A stretch of 64,000 bases of DNA from Deltaproteobacteria bacterium (GTDB lineage Bacteria > Myxococcota_A > UBA9042), in contig JACKFC010000017.1 in the NCBI GenBank assembly GCA_020632665.1, positions 40,423 to 104,422 on the forward strand, written 5' to 3'. The translations under genes were made by a program, and so were the position numbers. Below, piece by piece: positions 9,601-17,009 of this stretch (position 1 is its first letter; every line of letters begins with the position of its first letter). The notes under the pieces are model-generated. The model made no database searches. It was not told the origin of the DNA and saw nothing but the letters and a program-made list of their open reading frames with translations.

Positions 9601-10535
9601 GCAACGACGGCAACAGCTGCACGGTCGACTACTGCGATCTCGGCACCGACAAATGCGCGGTGAAGTCCGTTCCGGATGGCTCGGGTTGTGCCAGCCTCGG
9701 CAACTCCGGTGTCTGCGTCGCGACGTCCGCCTCCGCCTCGGACTGCAGCGTGCAGCCGCAGGCGGAGATGGTCTTCGTGCCGAAGGGCGACTTCCAGCAA
9801 GGCTGCAGCGCCACCGAGGGCGGAGCCTGCCAAGCGGCCGAGCTGCCGCAACACGAGGTCAAGCTCAGCGGCCACTGGATGGACCGCTTCGAGGTGTCCG
9901 TCGCGCGCTACTCTGCCTGCGTCGTCGCCGGTGTCTGCAAGGCCCCCGCGATGACCGGCACCTCCTGCAACTACGGCGACACCTCCAAGCTGCAGCAGCC
10001 CGTCAACTGCGTCAGCCACGCCGAGGCGGTCGCATATTGCACGTGGTATGGCGAAAATAGCGCGGCCGGCAAGAAGACCGGTCGCTTGCCGACCGAGGCC
10101 GAGTGGGAGCGCGCCGCGCGCGGTGGTTGCGAGAACTTCAGCGACTGCAAGACCGAGACGTCGACCTACGTCTGGGGAGACGCGCCGACGCCGAGCTGCG
10201 CGATGGCGATCATGAACGACGGCGGTGGCAAGGGTTGCGACGGCACCGCACCCGCGGATATCGCGTCCAAGCCGGATACGGATCGCAGCGTCTACGACGT
10301 CTACGATCTCGCCGGAAACCTCTCGGAGTGGGTCCAGGACACGTTCTCTGCCAGCTACTACGGAACGCTCGCGAACCCGGCCACCGACCCGGTGAACAGC
10401 GCCGCGGGCAGCACCAAGACCGTTCGCGGCGGCAGCTACGCCAGCACCAAGGCGACCGACCTGCGTGCGGCGGCGCGTGCGTCGGCGAGCGCCGCGTCGG
10501 CCTCTATCGGCTTCCGTTGCGTGATCGTGCCGTAG
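6603..10535 (+). CDS. Giant lipoprotein, 1310 aa: about 20 Myxococcus-type Cys-rich repeats plus a C-terminal formylglycine-generating-enzyme/sulfatase-modifying (FGE-sulfatase) domain
   Basis: Lipobox-like ATSGC. Reiterated CDDGNxCTxxDxCxxGxC modules. The C-terminus reads RLPTEAEWERAARGG...YVWGD...GNLSEWVQD...RGGSY...FRCV, which matches the FGE-sulfatase fold. Confidence 0.85.
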   Translation: MTFSKRLFAPARLARFGPLWAAALLATSGCVPGATDVPDWNKGSVGGGGAVCGNGSCEAGETENSCSVDCTGVSAECGNGKCEPGESATTCKTDCAVGGKVCGDGTCEGEETFVSCPSDCKPKCKDPIVDCGEHANSCKKYVCGQNGECEEAKLDDNTPCDDGNKCTTEERCENGECKGGKEPDCDDGDACTADDCDAANGTCTNVAVADGTTCPAGGPCEGNNQCQAGQCKPTVWKCECDASKPNDDAQYGCAKKSPANKCNGVSTCVINDDSKKHECVIPESTKVTCDSSLDTDCSTHVCNPQKGACEFKAKPNNTLCDDGSNCTSGDTCFGGECIPGTMICECDIVNFKSQCEKKYQGTAGPCSGQFYCANPAAGPYAAGATSEEKAAKTHCEINPATVINCESKDDTACSVNTCVVDGNDGGCKMVPEKVGKLCDDGAECTPNSACNAAGLCSPALSDSPPCDEKGQCSKAGTVCQDGFCVTNTCVCQEDADCAAKDDGDLCNGTMFCNQATGACELNKATIVNCASLSDTACVVNICYPKLGVCKLTPRENVFKETITDPKTQAVKVSVKPYPVKKVDVFCDDGNTCTPVDECDKGVCVSDDTNTCGCQKDSDCAGQEDGNVCNGTMYCDKLASGGPKCKVNPATVVTCIGVDDTVCAQNVCDPKTGSCKVTPVKGTVLCDDGNPCTPNDFCNAKGQCSPVGADAKACGAGGSCPIGYSCFDGKCATNVCQCSQDSDCASKEDGNVCNGTLYCDKATGACKVNPATIVSCSDTEDSTCLANQCNKATGACAMTPINNNKLCDDGNPCSATPICENGVCKAETEICVCTTDADCAPLQSKNLCAGTLYCKKGATAEQNTCAVNPGSVTVCPSGDDTACMRNQCDAKTGKCAMVNKPDNVVLCDDGNPCTSGDSCVAGACAAGTNICECATDADCASKDDGNACNGTLFCDKTGATNVCKTKPGSIPTCNPTATGSCLVEKCIPATGKCEKISASICNDGNSCTVDYCDLGTDKCAVKSVPDGSGCASLGNSGVCVATSASASDCSVQPQAEMVFVPKGDFQQGCSATEGGACQAAELPQHEVKLSGHWMDRFEVSVARYSACVVAGVCKAPAMTGTSCNYGDTSKLQQPVNCVSHAEAVAYCTWYGENSAAGKKTGRLPTEAEWERAARGGCENFSDCKTETSTYVWGDAPTPSCAMAIMNDGGGKGCDGTAPADIASKPDTDRSVYDVYDLAGNLSEWVQDTFSASYYGTLANPATDPVNSAAGSTKTVRGGSYASTKATDLRAAARASASAASASIGFRCVIVP

Positions 10536-10575
10536 CACGGCGAGCCCCCGACGCGGGGCGAGGGAGGAGGGCCGA

Positions 10576-13500
10576 ATGAACGCGCACGTTCGCTTGCAGG
10601 CCCGCGGCTCGACCCGCGTCGCCCTCTTCGTCGCGGCGCTCACGCTCCTCTCCGCCACCGACGCCTGGGCCGCCTTCTGCACCGGCAAGCAGAACGGCCT
10701 TTGGTGCGACGGCGACAAGCTCGTCTACTGCAGCAACGGCAACGTCAGCAGCAGCCAGACGTGCAGCAACGGCTGCCAATCGATGCCGCCCGGTACGCCC
10801 GACCAGTGCAAGGCGGCGACCGGCTTCTGCGCCGGCAAGGCCAGCGGCTATTGGTGCGACGGCAGCAAGCTGGTGCTGTGCAAATCCGGCAACATCAGCA
10901 GCAGCCAGAGCTGTCCGAACGGCTGCCAGTCGATGCCCTCGGGCACCGACGACAAGTGCAAGGAAGCGACCAATTTCTGCACTGGCAAGGCGAGTGGTCA
11001 GTGGTGCGACGGCAGCAAGTTGGTCCTTTGCAAATCGGGCAACATCAGCAGCAGCCAGAACTGTCCGAACGGCTGCCAGTCGATGCCCTCGGGCACCGAC
11101 GACAAGTGCAAGGAAGCGACCAATTTCTGCACCGGCAAGGCGAGCGGTCAGTGGTGCGACGGCAGCAAGTTGGTCCTTTGTAAGTCGGGCAACATCAGCA
11201 GCAGCCAGAACTGTCCGAACGGCTGCCAGTCGATGCCCTCGGGCACCGACGACAAGTGCAAGGAAGCGACGAATTTCTGCACCGGCAAGGCCAGCGGTCA
11301 GTGGTGCGACGGCAGCAAGTTGGTGCTGTGCAAATCCGGCAGCATCGCGAGCAGCCAGAATTGCCCGAACGGCTGCCAATCCAATCCCGCCGGGACCGAC
11401 GACACCTGCAAGGCGGCGACTTCCTTCTGCACCGGCAAGCAGAACGGCGCTTGGTGCGACGGCGACAAGTTGGTCCAATGCCAGAACGGCGCTGTCAGCA
11501 GCAGCCAGACCTGCGCCAACGGCTGCCAATCGATGCCGGTCGGCGTCCCCGATCAGTGCAAAGCGACCGGCGGCACGGGCTTCTGCGCCGGCAAGCAGAA
11601 CGGCCTCTGGTGCGACGGCGACGCGCTGGTCAACTGCCAGAACAACAGCGTCGCCAGCAGCCAGACCTGCAGCAACGGCTGCCAATCCATGCCGGTCGGC
11701 GTCGCCGATCAATGCGCTCCGAGCTCCGGTGGCGGCGGCGGCACTGGCGGCAAGTTGGAGCTCTGCAATCCCTTCAACCCCGCCAAAGCCGTGACCTGCG
11801 GCTTCGGCTGCTACAGCGGCCACAAGGGCAGCGACTACGCCTGCGGCGACGGCACGCCGCTCTACGCTCCGACGAACGGCACCGTCACCAAGGTCGTCAA
11901 CAGCTACAACGGGCAGACCTGCTCGCCGGACTTCGGCAACCTCATCAAGATCGCGACGGGCCCCTACGAGATCATCCTCGCCCACATGCGCAAGGACATC
12001 CTGGTCGGCGCGGGTGAGATCCAAGCCGGCACGCCGATCGGCTATGCCTCCAATACCGGCTACACCCTCACGCAGAAGAACGGCACCTGGGTCTGCCAAC
12101 AGGGCGGCGGCCACCACCTGCACCTCGAGGTCCGCAAGAACGGCGTCGCGGTCGACGCCTACGGCGGTGAGGTCGTCTGGAAGAACTGCGGTGACATCGG
12201 CAACGGCGGCGGCGGCGGGACCACGACTTTCTGTACCGGCAAGCAAAACGGCCTGTGGTGCGACGGCAGCGCGCTGGTCGACTGCAAGGACGGCGCGGTG
12301 GCGAGTAGCCAAACCTGCAGCAACGGCTGCGAGTCGATGCCGGTCGGCGTGCCGGATCAGTGCAAATCCGGCGGCGGCACCGGCTTCTGCAGCGGCAAGC
12401 AGAACGGCGCCTGGTGCGATGGCGACAAGCTCGTGACCTGCAGCGGCGGTTCGATCAGCGCCAGCGAGACCTGCGCCGACGGCTGCGAGTCGATGCCGGT
12501 CGGTGTCCCCGACCAATGCAAGGCCAAGCCGGTGACAGGGCCGTGCGAGGGCGTGCAAAACGCCGCGCTCTGCCACCAGGACGCCGTCGTGATCTGCGTC
12601 GCGGGGGCCGTGCAGCAGACCATCACCTGCCAGTTCGGATGCGTCGACAAGGCCGGTGTCGTCCACTGCAACGAGCCCGCCGCACCCGAGCCATGCGCCG
12701 GCAAGGGCGACGGCGCGAGCTGCGAAGGCGACGTGCTCCGCCAATGCCAATCCGGCAAGACCGCGAGCGCCACGCCCTGTGCCTTCGGCTGCGGCGTGGT
12801 CGGCGGCAATGCGCTCTGCCTGGCCAAGCCCGCACCGGCCGATCCCTGCGCCGGCCTCGCCGACGGCGGCCATTGCGAAGCGGCTTCGCTGCGGACCTGC
12901 CAATCCGGGCAAACCGTCGGCGCCATCACCTGCAACTTCGGCTGTGCCGGAGCGCCAGGGCAGGGCGCCTGCGCGCTCCCCGGCGGCCAAGGGCCGTGCC
13001 AGGGCAAGCCGGACGGTTGGCATTGCGACGGCAGCAAGCGGCTGCGCTGTGCGGCCGGCGCGCTCGCCGAACAAGAGCTCTGCGCCTTCGGCTGCGGCAC
13101 CTTCGCCGGACAGGTCGGCTGCCTCGGCGTCGAAGGCGCAGCGTGCGCGGCCAAGGTCGATGGCGGCGTCTGCCAGGGCGAGCTCCTGCTCGGCTGTGCC
13201 GCGGGACAGGTGCAATCGGCCACCCTTTGCATGCAAGGCTGTGTCGCCGACGGTGCGGCACATTGCGCTGCGGCCGCGGGCGTCTGTGCCGATAAGGTCG
13301 ACGGCGCCTGGTGCGACGCCGGCGCCCTGGTGCACTGCCTGAGCCAGTCCGAAGTCAGCGTCGAGATCTGCAAATTCGGCTGCCTACCGACCCCCGGACC
13401 GGTCGCCGACGTCTGCGCTTCGGCGAAAGACGCGAGCTGCTTCGGCAAGGCCGACGGCACGTGGTGCGACGCCGGGGCCAAGATCGTCTGCAGCGGCGGC

Positions 13501-14649
13501 GTCGAGACCGAACGGGTCGCCTGCGCCCTGGGCTGCCAGGGGCCTGCGGGCCAGGCGAGCTGCTCCGCTGCGGCGGCGTCGAGTTGCGCCGAGCTCGAAG
13601 ACGGGACGCATTGCGCGGGATCCGCCGTGGTCGCTTGCGTCTCCGGCGAGACCACGCTGGTCGCGCCTTGCGTCAACGGCTGCGAGGTCGACCCCGTGCT
13701 CGGGCCGCGCTGCATCAAGGCCGAAGCCGCGGGCTCGGCGATCGCCGTCACCGTCGACGAGGCCGGCTGCGCCCAGGTCGTCGGCTCACTGCTCCTCGGT
13801 GACGTCGCGCACCAGAGCCAGCTCGGCTCCGACGTCGCCATCGGCGCCTGCTCCGACCGTACGATCGCCAGCCACGGCGCGCTCATCACCGCGCTCTCGA
13901 CGGCCTACGCCGCGTTGGGCGCGCCACGAGAGGCGCTCGGCGTGGTCGGCAACACACCGCCGCTGGAGAACCTCTGGCGCAACGAGAACGACGGTTACGC
14001 CGCCTGTGCCGAAGCCGGTGTGTGCTGCGCGCGATGGGATCGCAACCCGGATCCGGTCGCCTTCGACCTCGGCAGCGGCTTCGACGGGGCCTGCCTGCCG
14101 CCTGAGTTGGCCCTGCGCGTCGCCGCGTCGCTGGCCGCCGGTCGCCCCGTGGTCGCCGGCATCCACCCGATCGGCAACCCGCCCGGCGCGCACTTCGTGA
14201 CGATCGTCGGCGTCGGCGAAGGCGGCTGGCAGGTCCTCGACCCGAAGGGAGACGCCGCCCCGGTCGCGCTCGCCGCCATCGCCGCCGTCGAACACGTCCT
14301 CGATTTCGTCGCGATCCCGCGCCTGGACGGAGCCCCGAACGCGGCGTTGTCGCCCAGCGGCGCCGGCGGCCCGCTCCCCGGCGGACCAGGGCGGAACCAT
14401 CCGTCGAGTGGCGCCGACGCGGGCGGCGGCGCGACGGGCGACGCGACCGGCGACGCGACCGGCACGATGGGCGGCGACGCCGGGCTCGACGCGGCTTCGG
14501 ACGGTGCTTGGCAACCGGCGGCCGCACCGAGCGGCTGCAGCGCCTCTCCGGTCCGGGGACGCCTGACGACCGCGCCCTGGGCCTGGCTGACGACGTTGAT
14601 CGCCGCGGCGTGGGCCCTTTGTTTCGCGTTGCGCCGCCGCTCGACTTGA
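10576..14649 (+). CDS. Giant surface protein, 1357 aa: signal peptide, seven 50-aa Cys repeats, M23 (LytM) metallopeptidase domain, two further repeat families, a possible papain-like (C39-like) domain, and MYXO-CTERM
   Basis: Signal peptide LFVAALTLLSATDAWA. M23 motifs HKGSDYA and GGHHLHLEV. C-terminal GCSASPVRGRLTTAPWAWLTTLIAAAWALCFALRRRST fits the MYXO-CTERM pattern (Cys motif, TM helix, Arg tail). The possible papain-like segment is GCAQVVGSLLLG...AHFVTIVGVGEGGWQVLDP. Confidence 0.85.
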   Translation: MNAHVRLQARGSTRVALFVAALTLLSATDAWAAFCTGKQNGLWCDGDKLVYCSNGNVSSSQTCSNGCQSMPPGTPDQCKAATGFCAGKASGYWCDGSKLVLCKSGNISSSQSCPNGCQSMPSGTDDKCKEATNFCTGKASGQWCDGSKLVLCKSGNISSSQNCPNGCQSMPSGTDDKCKEATNFCTGKASGQWCDGSKLVLCKSGNISSSQNCPNGCQSMPSGTDDKCKEATNFCTGKASGQWCDGSKLVLCKSGSIASSQNCPNGCQSNPAGTDDTCKAATSFCTGKQNGAWCDGDKLVQCQNGAVSSSQTCANGCQSMPVGVPDQCKATGGTGFCAGKQNGLWCDGDALVNCQNNSVASSQTCSNGCQSMPVGVADQCAPSSGGGGGTGGKLELCNPFNPAKAVTCGFGCYSGHKGSDYACGDGTPLYAPTNGTVTKVVNSYNGQTCSPDFGNLIKIATGPYEIILAHMRKDILVGAGEIQAGTPIGYASNTGYTLTQKNGTWVCQQGGGHHLHLEVRKNGVAVDAYGGEVVWKNCGDIGNGGGGGTTTFCTGKQNGLWCDGSALVDCKDGAVASSQTCSNGCESMPVGVPDQCKSGGGTGFCSGKQNGAWCDGDKLVTCSGGSISASETCADGCESMPVGVPDQCKAKPVTGPCEGVQNAALCHQDAVVICVAGAVQQTITCQFGCVDKAGVVHCNEPAAPEPCAGKGDGASCEGDVLRQCQSGKTASATPCAFGCGVVGGNALCLAKPAPADPCAGLADGGHCEAASLRTCQSGQTVGAITCNFGCAGAPGQGACALPGGQGPCQGKPDGWHCDGSKRLRCAAGALAEQELCAFGCGTFAGQVGCLGVEGAACAAKVDGGVCQGELLLGCAAGQVQSATLCMQGCVADGAAHCAAAAGVCADKVDGAWCDAGALVHCLSQSEVSVEICKFGCLPTPGPVADVCASAKDASCFGKADGTWCDAGAKIVCSGGVETERVACALGCQGPAGQASCSAAAASSCAELEDGTHCAGSAVVACVSGETTLVAPCVNGCEVDPVLGPRCIKAEAAGSAIAVTVDEAGCAQVVGSLLLGDVAHQSQLGSDVAIGACSDRTIASHGALITALSTAYAALGAPREALGVVGNTPPLENLWRNENDGYAACAEAGVCCARWDRNPDPVAFDLGSGFDGACLPPELALRVAASLAAGRPVVAGIHPIGNPPGAHFVTIVGVGEGGWQVLDPKGDAAPVALAAIAAVEHVLDFVAIPRLDGAPNAALSPSGAGGPLPGGPGRNHPSSGADAGGGATGDATGDATGTMGGDAGLDAASDGAWQPAAAPSGCSASPVRGRLTTAPWAWLTTLIAAAWALCFALRRRST
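10675..11574 (+). repeat. Six in-frame tandem 150-bp coding repeats; the three copies at 10825-11274 are about 90-97% identical
   Basis: The TTCTGC (FC) codon recurs every 150 bp at 10675, 10825, 10975, 11125, 11275 and 11425. The copies at 10975 and 11125 differ by about 5 nt. Confidence 0.8.
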
Positions 14650-14660
14650 TGCGAGGGCAC

Positions 14661-14682
14661 GGGCCGCCTACCTTGGCGGCCC
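14661..14682 (+). other. Intergenic stem-loop GGGCCGCC-tacctt-GGCGGCCC immediately before the ccmE-like ribosome-binding site
   Basis: Perfect 8-bp stem with a 6-nt loop and no U tract. It is followed by AGGAGG and then the ATG at 14695. Confidence 0.3.
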
Positions 14683-14694
14683 AGGAGGTCGCGC

Positions 14695-15219
14695 ATGGCC
14701 GAGCACGTCGAACACCTCAGCACCACCGCCGTCCCGCAGCGCAAGCGCGCCTCGGTGGCGCCGCTGGTCATCGCGGTCGCCGTCGCGGCGATCGGCTTCT
14801 TCGTGATCACCTCGAGCACTTCGGGTGGCTCGGGGATGTTCAACTACGAGTTGGCGGATCTGGTGCAGAAGAAGGCCGAGCTCGCGGGCAAGGACATCAA
14901 GGTCTCGGGCCGCATCGCCAAGGGCAGCGTCCGCGGCGAGCCGGCGAGCGCGTCGTTCCGCTTCGAGCTCGAAGACGACGGCGGCAACCGCGTCTCGGTC
15001 GCCTATACCAAGCTGCTGCCCGATCCCTTCGAAGAGGGCCGGGACGCCATCGTCCAGGGCCGCATGGAGGGCGACACCGTCGTGGCGTCGAGCCTCACGG
15101 TGAAGTGCCCGAGCCGCTACGCCGATACCGAGAATCTCAGCGAGGCGGAGAAGCAACGCTACTACGAGAGCGACTACCGCAAGCACGCCGAGATGGCGAA
15201 AGAAGCCCCGAAACAATAG
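14695..15219 (+). CDS. ccmE: CcmE-family haem chaperone, CxxxY variant, with an N-terminal membrane anchor
   Basis: The OB-fold core VSGRIAKGSVRG...SFRFEL.DDGGNRVSVAYTKLLPDPFEEGRDAIVQGRME aligns with CcmE VxYxGxLPDxFxEGxxVVQG. Where canonical CcmE has LAKHDENYTP, this protein has VKCPSRYAD, so the haem-binding His is replaced by Cys. Confidence 0.8.
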   Translation: MAEHVEHLSTTAVPQRKRASVAPLVIAVAVAAIGFFVITSSTSGGSGMFNYELADLVQKKAELAGKDIKVSGRIAKGSVRGEPASASFRFELEDDGGNRVSVAYTKLLPDPFEEGRDAIVQGRMEGDTVVASSLTVKCPSRYADTENLSEAEKQRYYESDYRKHAEMAKEAPKQ

Positions 15220-15220
15220 C

Positions 15221-15691
15221 TCAGGGGGCGGTCTCTTCGGCAGCGGCGCAATCACCGGCATCGAGGACCTGCAGCGCTTCCTGCCGCTCGATCCGGACCA
15301 AGCCGTAGCCGTAGAGCGGCTCGCTGCCGCCGATGTCGAATGCGCAGCGGATGCCGACGCGGGTCACGTCTGGCCCCAGCTCCAGGTGGATCGGCATCGT
15401 CGCTTCCGGAGCGCTGCCACGCGCGAAGATCCGCTCGACGACGAAGGGCGTCTCGGCGGTCGGGACGCTCAGGCGCAGCCCGATCAGGCGGTCGCGTCCG
15501 AGCGTCGCGTCGCCTTCGTGCCGCTCGAGATGGGTCAGCAGCAGCGACGCCTTCGCGCCCACCACGTCGCGCCGGACCGAGGCCCACGCCGCGAGCAGCC
15601 CGGCGATCAGGCCGACGATGCCCAGCGGCCGTCGCCACCGCTCTGGGATCAGTCGAGGGATTGCCACGCCCGTTGCTCCTTGGCGGCCCAC
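15221..15691 (-). CDS. Membrane-anchored (single N-terminal TM) hypothetical protein, last gene of the LonN-ABC-ABC operon
   Basis: GTG start. RRPLGIVGLIAGLLAAWASV TM helix followed by about 115 aa. GC3 is high. The 5' end overlaps the upstream ABC gene by 43 nt. Confidence 0.45.
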   Translation of the reverse strand: MGRQGATGVAIPRLIPERWRRPLGIVGLIAGLLAAWASVRRDVVGAKASLLLTHLERHEGDATLGRDRLIGLRLSVPTAETPFVVERIFARGSAPEATMPIHLELGPDVTRVGIRCAFDIGGSEPLYGYGLVRIERQEALQVLDAGDCAAAEETAP

Positions 15692-16338
15692 GCCGAGGCC
15701 GGCTCCTCCGCCACGATCCGCCCTCCTTCGAGGTGGGCGACGCGGGCGCCGAGGGCGACCGCGAACGCGGGGTCGTGGCTGACGACCAGCGCCCCACGCG
15801 GGGCGGCGCAGAGCGTACGCAGCAGCGCCGCGAGCGCAACCGCCGTGGCCTCGTCCAAGGCGCTCGACGGCTCGTCGAGGAGCAGCAAGCGGGCGCCGCC
15901 GATGACGGCCCGGGCCAAGGCGACGCGCTGCTGCTGACCACCGGAGAGCGCCCGCGGTAGCCGCCGGGCCTCGGCCTCGGTCAGGCCCACGTCGACGAGC
16001 GCTGCGCTGGCCCGCACCCGGGCGGTCGCGCCGTCGACGCCCGCGACCCGCAGCGGATCAGCGACGGCGTCGCGCACCGGCCACCCGGCCGGCAACGTCG
16101 CGCCGGCGTCTTGCCCAAGCCAAGCCACACCCGCCCAGCGCTCGCGTGGCGGACGTTCCTCCCCGTCGAGCCGAACCACGCCACGTGCGTGCACCAAGCC
16201 GAGGACGACGTCGATCAGCGTGCTCTTGCCGGCGCCGCTCGGCCCGGCGAGGACGACGATCTCGCCCGGTGCGACCGTGAGCGTAACGTCGGTCAACGTC
16301 CGCGCCGAGATGCCGGAGAGCTCGAGCAAGGCGCTCAT
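15649..16338 (-). CDS. ABC transporter ATP-binding protein, 229 aa
   Basis: Walker A GPSGAGKST, signature LSGGQQQRVALARA, Walker B LLLLDEPSSALD, H-loop VSHD. The ATG shares an ATGA overlap with the upstream ABC gene's stop. Confidence 0.85.
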   Translation of the reverse strand: MSALLELSGISARTLTDVTLTVAPGEIVVLAGPSGAGKSTLIDVVLGLVHARGVVRLDGEERPPRERWAGVAWLGQDAGATLPAGWPVRDAVADPLRVAGVDGATARVRASAALVDVGLTEAEARRLPRALSGGQQQRVALARAVIGGARLLLLDEPSSALDEATAVALAALLRTLCAAPRGALVVSHDPAFAVALGARVAHLEGGRIVAEEPASAWAAKEQRAWQSLD

Positions 16339-17009
16339 CCGACCGCCTCCAGCCGGCCGCCAGGGTGCAAGCGCAGCACCCGATCGGCGACCGCGGTCGC
16401 GAACGCGAGGTCGTGCGTGACCAGCAGGATGCCGAATCGGTGCCGCTCGCGGATGCGCCGCAGCAGGCGAGCGACGCGGCGGGAGGCCTCACCGTCCAGG
16501 GCGCTGGTTGGCTCGTCCAGGAGCAGGAGCGTCGGCGCGACGGCGAGCGCCAGCGCAAGGACCAACCGTTGTCGCTGGCCGCCAGAGAGTTGGTGCGGAC
16601 GCCGGGATCGAAGCTCCGCGTGCTGCAGTCCGACCTCGGCGAACGCGTCGAGGCAATGTGCCAGCGGCAATCCGTGGATGCGTGCGTGCTCGCGGAGGGC
16701 GCCGTCGACCGTCTGCAGCGGGTCGAGCGCGCCGCTGCAGTCCTGCGGCAACAACGCGACGCTCCGGCCGCGCATCCGGCGATGCCAGGACGCGCCACCG
16801 ATCTGCAGTCGCGCGATGCGGACCTCTGCGGCGCTGCCGAGCAGGTCGAGGATGGCGCTGAGGAGGGTCGATTTGCCGACGCCGGAAGGGCCGACCACGG
16901 CGACCGACTCGCCCATGCCGACCTGCAGGTGCAACCCCTCCGCGCCGTAGAGGGCGTGGCCCGCGCGCTGTACGCAGAGACCATCCAGGACCAGGGCGGG
17001 GGCGCTCAG
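16335..17009 (-). CDS. ABC transporter ATP-binding protein; start codon unresolved
   Basis: GPSGVGKST, LSGGQRQRLVLALA, LLLLDEPTSALD and VTHD motifs. There is no ATG/GTG/TTG between the upstream LonN stop (17006) and the A-loop. The only in-frame candidate is CTG at 17009. Everything upstream in the 390-aa track ORF is Arg/Pro-rich and non-coding in appearance. Confidence 0.7.
   Translation of the reverse strand: MSAPALVLDGLCVQRAGHALYGAEGLHLQVGMGESVAVVGPSGVGKSTLLSAILDLLGSAAEVRIARLQIGGASWHRRMRGRSVALLPQDCSGALDPLQTVDGALREHARIHGLPLAHCLDAFAEVGLQHAELRSRRPHQLSGGQRQRLVLALALAVAPTLLLLDEPTSALDGEASRRVARLLRRIRERHRFGILLVTHDLAFATAVADRVLRLHPGGRLEAVG

Noticed and set aside
5566-13335. Very long minus-strand ORFs (5566..7350, 6098..7687, 6588..9260, 10504..13335) and embedded plus-strand off-frame ORFs
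   Set aside because: Antisense or off-frame to the two giant Cys-repeat genes. Their translations are low-complexity Arg/Ala/Gly/Val strings. The sense frames carry recognisable domains (FGE-sulfatase, M23).
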